Shown here piece by piece: positions 59,301 through 64,000 of a DNA stretch of 64,000 nt. Position 1 is the stretch's first letter, and each line of letters begins with the position of its first letter. The DNA is taken from the NCBI GenBank assembly GCA_035084275.1, contig CM068762.1, positions 11,718,001 through 11,782,000 on the forward strand, in the 5' to 3' direction. The position numbers and the translations under genes were made by a program. The notes under the pieces are model-generated. The model had not been told where the DNA came from and did no database searches. It saw nothing but the letters and a program-made list of their open reading frames with translations. The DNA is from Hydrolagus colliei (taxonomy: Eukaryota).

Positions 59301-59980
59301 GAAGGGTTAAATGAGTCCAATGGGTTTCTTCAACCAAAGTCAACATGAAAACTTTGGGCTGATTTCAAGCTCAGCCAAGATCGTCTACTTTGACCACAGT
59401 TTTCGGTACTAGACAGAATAAAGGTTGGTCCATCCATCTAAGATTCTGAGAAGTTTTCACATCGCTCGCCGCGTTCTGGCCACACAACACACGGTCAAGT
59501 CAATTCACTTTACAGTACATCCTGCAAAGTGTTTTGAGACGTGATAAGCGGCTATATCAAATGTAAGGATTAGAATTATTATTAGTAATATTATTATTAT
59601 TATTATTTTTTCGTCCTCTTTGTCCGGACGCAAAGATTTGGGATTTTCTTGAAGCTGATTGTCGCACAGGACTGAAGTGAGCGTCGCTAAATTTCGGCCC
59701 GTGGCCCCGTTTGAGGGATTTGTTACGTCACGGGGACTGAATACGCTGACAGTAGACACTGTTACACAGTGTTGTGTCCGGCCAATATGACACTGAGTGA
59801 GGGCACACACGTGCATTGTGGACACTGGAGCCTCAAAACGCCTGCGTCCTGTTAAAGGAACTTCCTATTTATTTACAATGGGAGCCCGAGAGACATTACT
59901 ATTCAGTGCCGAGCATGTCACAGCTCACCAAACGCACAATGGCTCCTCACAATAGCATCATACAATTCAGTCTGAGATCC

Positions 59981-60039
<59 letters not shown>

Positions 60040-61899
60040 GTTTGTGTGTGGGGGAAATTCCCAACTATTTTTTGCTTCACCTCAAGATTCTTCTCTTCGA
60101 TGGACCCATCGCCAACTCCTAATCCCCACCTTCCCTCCCCTCAACAACAACAACAACAATAACTTTGATTTCTGTCCTCAGCTCAGGTCCTGAAGCAGTG
60201 ATTGTCCAGGGACGTCCTCCTGATGTGAAAGGTGCTATGCCATTGTAATTTTGTTGTTGTTGTTGTTTGCTTTGCCTGATTGATACCTGACGAACAATAC
60301 AGTTTTTTTTGGCTTTGGTGCAACCAGTATGAGTGCATCGGTTTTGTCCAGAAAATACACGTCCAGTCCACTTTGCAGTGTATCTTGTTAAGTGCTTTAA
60401 GAAGAATCAAAGATTCGCTATCGAATGCAAGCTTTATTATTATTATTATTATTAATAATCTCTCACTTGCAAGGCGAGTGCTCTAACCACTGAGCTACAG
60501 GACTCCAATTTATAAATTACAATCACTGATTCTGCGCTAGCAAAAGGAATAACTGGACCTCAATTGAATTAATTTTTTACAGTTATATCAAGTAACAGGC
60601 AGACTCAGGGGCTGAATTGGAAATAAGTGGAACGCATCAATCACCACATTGTAAAACTGCAGTAAATGGTTACTTAAAACATATAATATTTTCCTCTTAC
60701 ATTAACAGGATTGTGTGAAAGCACACCCAATTCAGTTGACTACATTAGAAAAATCTTATTCCTCGTTCGATGAAAAGCTACTGCTTCCCACCACCGCATT
60801 TCACTCCTGTACATGTACCCTACCAGCACCAGCAACGTAGGGACAGGAGGAGGCCATTCAGCCCCTCGAGCCTGTTCCAGCATTCGACTAATCCATGGCT
60901 CATCCATACCTCGACCGCATAAAAAATCACCCCAAAAATGCAGGTTTAGTCTAACATGCTAGCTTGCTAGCTTTAACGCTAACATTCTAGCTTCAACGGC
61001 ACAGACACTTTGAGTCGCCTCGACGACGTGACAAGTCACTGTAACGAATGCGAGGATTACTCTTATTATAATTATTATTATTAGGTTCACGGGTGTTCTC
61101 ATCCGCTCATCCCCCAAGGCAAAAGAAAGGCTGCAAGGACGTTCTGAAGTTTCCGAAGTCCAGTTTGCCTGTTGCTAACGCTTTGTGTTGACATGGGTTT
61201 CATTTCCCTTTGTTACCAAATGTACAATTGCCATCTTATTTTCTCTCCACGTTAAATAATTGGATTTCACAACAGTATACAGTACCCTGCACTTGTGACA
61301 TTTGCACCCCTCAACTCACCACAGTAAACTCCCGATAACTCGTCACTGCGAGAGGGAAATTTCAATCCACGACTGTCTGTGGGGGAACGCTGCTGTGCGC
61401 AAATTGTCTGCCGCGTTTCACCCACAAATATACAGTCAATTCACTTTACAGTATATTCTGTGAAGCGCTTTGAGACACCGTCTAGAAGATGTGAAAAGCG
61501 CTATAGCAAATGCAAGGATTATTATCATTATTATTATTAAACGCATTGATGATATTGACAGCCTGATGACTTAAGGTCATAACAAATTAAACCAGGGTCG
61601 AGGTATCAGAAGTTTACTGTACTTTTATCGTCGCCTGTCTTGCGAAAGACAGAAATACATGGGGTGGGGGAGTGAGGAAGGGAAGGGAGGTTAAACTCCT
61701 AACTTCATTGCAACACTGAGATAGTTACGGTCACGCTCTACTGAGTAAAGCAAACAGTAAAGAGATTTGCTGATCCGCTAGCTGCTGTAAAGAGCCTGTA
61801 TTGTTAAAAGGATTTGGTCTCTCCTTCACATCTGAGTAAAAATGACCCCGATTCCTTACCTGATAAGTAAGCCACCCACAGGAGCACTGTGTAGCCCAT
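56350..61899 (-). CDS. Receptor E: single-IgV CD300-like receptor; TM followed immediately by a stop
   Basis: Leader exon 61860-61921 (ATG at 61899, [14 protein letters not shown]|gtaag) with an upstream acceptor; probable non-coding exon ending at 62257 (gtaag); Ig exon 57680-58015; stalk exon not securely found (gaps nearby); TM exon 56330-56431 ([29 protein letters not shown] at 56350-56352). Confidence 0.7.
56953..57133. other. Assembly gap (N)
   Basis: 181 N. Confidence 1.
57343..57542. other. Assembly gap (N)
   Basis: 200 N. Confidence 1.
57680..58015 (-). CDS. Receptor E IgV exon
   Basis: 336 nt, phase 1-1: TTIMCKF...KKYWCQG...YC...GRLTV...[21 protein letters not shown]. Confidence 0.9.
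58850..59230 (+). mobile_element. L2 3' fragment
   Basis: [18 protein letters not shown] plus L2 3' end with (TTG)n; boundaries approximate. Confidence 0.65.
59983..60037 (+). repeat. (TG)n microsatellite
   Basis: Long perfect TG run. Confidence 0.95.
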
Positions 61900-63538
61900 G
61901 TTCTTAACGATCTATATGTTCCTTTTAAAGAAAAGAAGGAAAACAAAACGAAGCAAAATAAAAGCAGACGCACAAAACGGAGGGTCTGTCAGGTCTGGTC
62001 TACTCTCGTTTTGATTCTCTGGTCCTGACTTGAGAGGTTTCGCTCTTGTAATGAGCGAGTGAGGGTTTCATTTCCTTCTATAAACAGCTGTGGCGGTTTT
62101 GTGCTGACTAAACCGACTCAACGCAAGAGCAAAGAGCGAGAGGAAGAAAGGCAGGCCGGCAACGCAAATGCCTTCTCAGACCTTACAGCATGTCTAGTGT
62201 GGAATAAATAAGTACCAGAGCATTCATGGTACAACAGCTCCTGCCTCCTGTCTTACATAAGCACCCGATTGTTCTCCCTCTCTCTCGCTCAAAGAATCGC
62301 ATCGACTGTCCAACGTTGTTGGTGACTGAAACTGACCTCAGCAGCAAGGATAAAAACTCCCACACTCTACACAGTTGTCCATTCAATCGTGCGCGTTGCT
62401 GCCCCGGTGCTCTGCCATAAGACCCGCTTTGTGATTTGAATGAATTTGCTCTTCACTCTCTTGCTGCGCACCGTTCCACAAGATCGTCTTGTGTGTGTGT
62501 GTGCGTGTGTGTGTTTTGCTAATCTGTGTTTTAGCTGCCCCCGTTTAACACGTGTAGGAACTTAACTCCGATTGTGAAAGAAGAGTTACAAGTAGAGTTG
62601 GGGGGAGGGAGGGGGGGACGGAACGACGACGACATTTTCTTTTTGTGTTAAAATAGAAGAAAGTTAACCCCTTTTTCTTTGGAGTTCTTGCCTTCCCTAT
62701 CTTTAACCTTCTCCGCGGTCTAACTCCATTCTCTGTTTGGGTTCTGTACTCAAGAAAGAGGACCTGTGATTGTGGTGACATCCGCGACAAAGGCTCAAAG
62801 TGTGTCAGCCTGGGATGTGGGTTTGAGCTGGGAGTTTTTTGAGATTGTGTTGACAGTCGAATGCAATACTGGGGAGTGGGGGGGGGGGGATACGATGCAT
62901 TGTTAGAGGAGGTCTCCTCTGGGATGGGGTGGAGGGTGTGGAGGGAGGGGACGGGAGGGAGAGGAGAGGAATAGGAGGGGGGAAGAAGAGGAGGTTTTGT
63001 TTTGTCAAACAGTGAGTCTGTGAGTCTTTGGTCGATAGCTTAAGCGCTCTGAGACGCCGTCCGGCGTGGAGGGCGCTACATAAATCGAAGTTGTGGTTGT
63101 TGTTGTTATAGCTGTGTGTGTTTTTTTTGTCATTTCTTGTTTGCTTTGTTTCCCGACAGCGCGATCAATCAAGCGAAGGAAGTACGTTCAGAACAATTGT
63201 TAATAATGAGCAATCCTCGAGTTTTGATTCATTTCCGTATCAGATCACCCACGGCTCCCGAGGGAAAGGCTTTCACAGCGCAAAGCGGGCAGAGCTGGTT
63301 GGTATAGGCTTGATTCCAAACCAGGAAGGGACAGTCCCAAACGGGTGAGAGTGAACCACAGGAGCTCGCAACAACAACAGCAATAACAACTTTGATTTAT
63401 CCAGCGCTCTGCACGCCGGACGGTTCACGACAACGGATCCCGGGACCCGAGGCATGCGGTGGGGTGGGGGGGGGGGGGGCGCGAGAGGGGGAAAAAGGTG
63501 ACCAAAGGTGCGGACGAACAGAAAGGTCTTCAGCCAAG

Positions 63539-63744
63539 NNNNNNNNNNNNNNNNNNNNNNNNNNNNNNNNNNNNNNNNNNNNNNNNNNNNNNNNNNNNNN
63601 NNNNNNNNNNNNNNNNNNNNNNNNNNNNNNNNNNNNNNNNNNNNNNNNNNNNNNNNNNNNNNNNNNNNNNNNNNNNNNNNNNNNNNNNNNNNNNNNNNNN
63701 NNNNNNNNNNNNNNNNNNNNNNNNNNNNNNNNNNNNNNNNNNNN
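63539..63744. other. Assembly gap (N)
   Basis: 206 N. Confidence 1.
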
Positions 63745-64000
63745 TGGCTGAAGGCACGGCTGCCGATGGTGGAGCGGAGGATTCGGGGGGGACAAGGAGG
63801 AGGCCAGAAGCGGAGGAGCGAGAGAAACACGATTCCTTTAGCATTTCACCATCTTTATTATCATTAGTATTATTATTATTATTAATAAGGAAAATAAATC
63901 TTTGCTTCAGACACAGCGCATTATCACGTCTCAAAGCGCTTCACGGGATGTCACTGGAAAGCGAATTGACTGTGTGTTTTGCCAGCGAAACGCGGCAGCC

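Noticed and set aside
60285-60390. Open frame with a GT donor ([14 protein letters not shown]...)
   Set aside because: Diverged SINE 3' body sequence.
62257-62366. Open phase 2-1 exon-like segment (VWEFLSLLLRSVSV...) loosely resembling the receptor C TM exon
   Set aside because: Too short a hydrophobic run for a TM. Its GTAAG donor is better explained as a non-coding first exon splicing to the E leader acceptor at 61921.

Overview
Vertebrate genomic DNA. The short introns and the CR1/L2/tRNA-SINE repeat set suggest a cartilaginous fish, probably a chimaera (inference). Bases 1.8-13.0 kb (+) hold the last 14 coding exons of an adenosylhomocysteinase-like gene (IRBIT family, most similar to AHCYL1). 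Every exon was read by hand, has GT-AG boundaries and joins in phase. Tail-to-tail with it, 18-62 kb (-) holds a tandem cluster of five CD300/pIgR-like (CMRF35/MDIR-type) IgV receptor genes, labelled A-E here, with 2, 3, 2, 2 and 1 Ig domains. A and B are complete inhibitory receptors whose tails read ITIM-YAN-ITIM. C is a recent duplicate of B's ectodomain (domain 1 97.5% identical) joined to an activating-type TM with an Arg and no ITIM, so B/C look like a paired inhibitory/activating receptor system. C has also lost its stalk splice donor, which predicts a secreted form, and it carries a chimeric Ig exon. E has a stop straight after its TM, followed by decaying ITIM exons. Repeats include many Val-tRNA-like SINEs, young CR1 and L2 insertions whose empty sites survive in the paralog, and a hAT-type MITE with perfect 16-bp TIRs and an 8-bp TSD enclosing a G-rich minisatellite. 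There are three assembly gaps.
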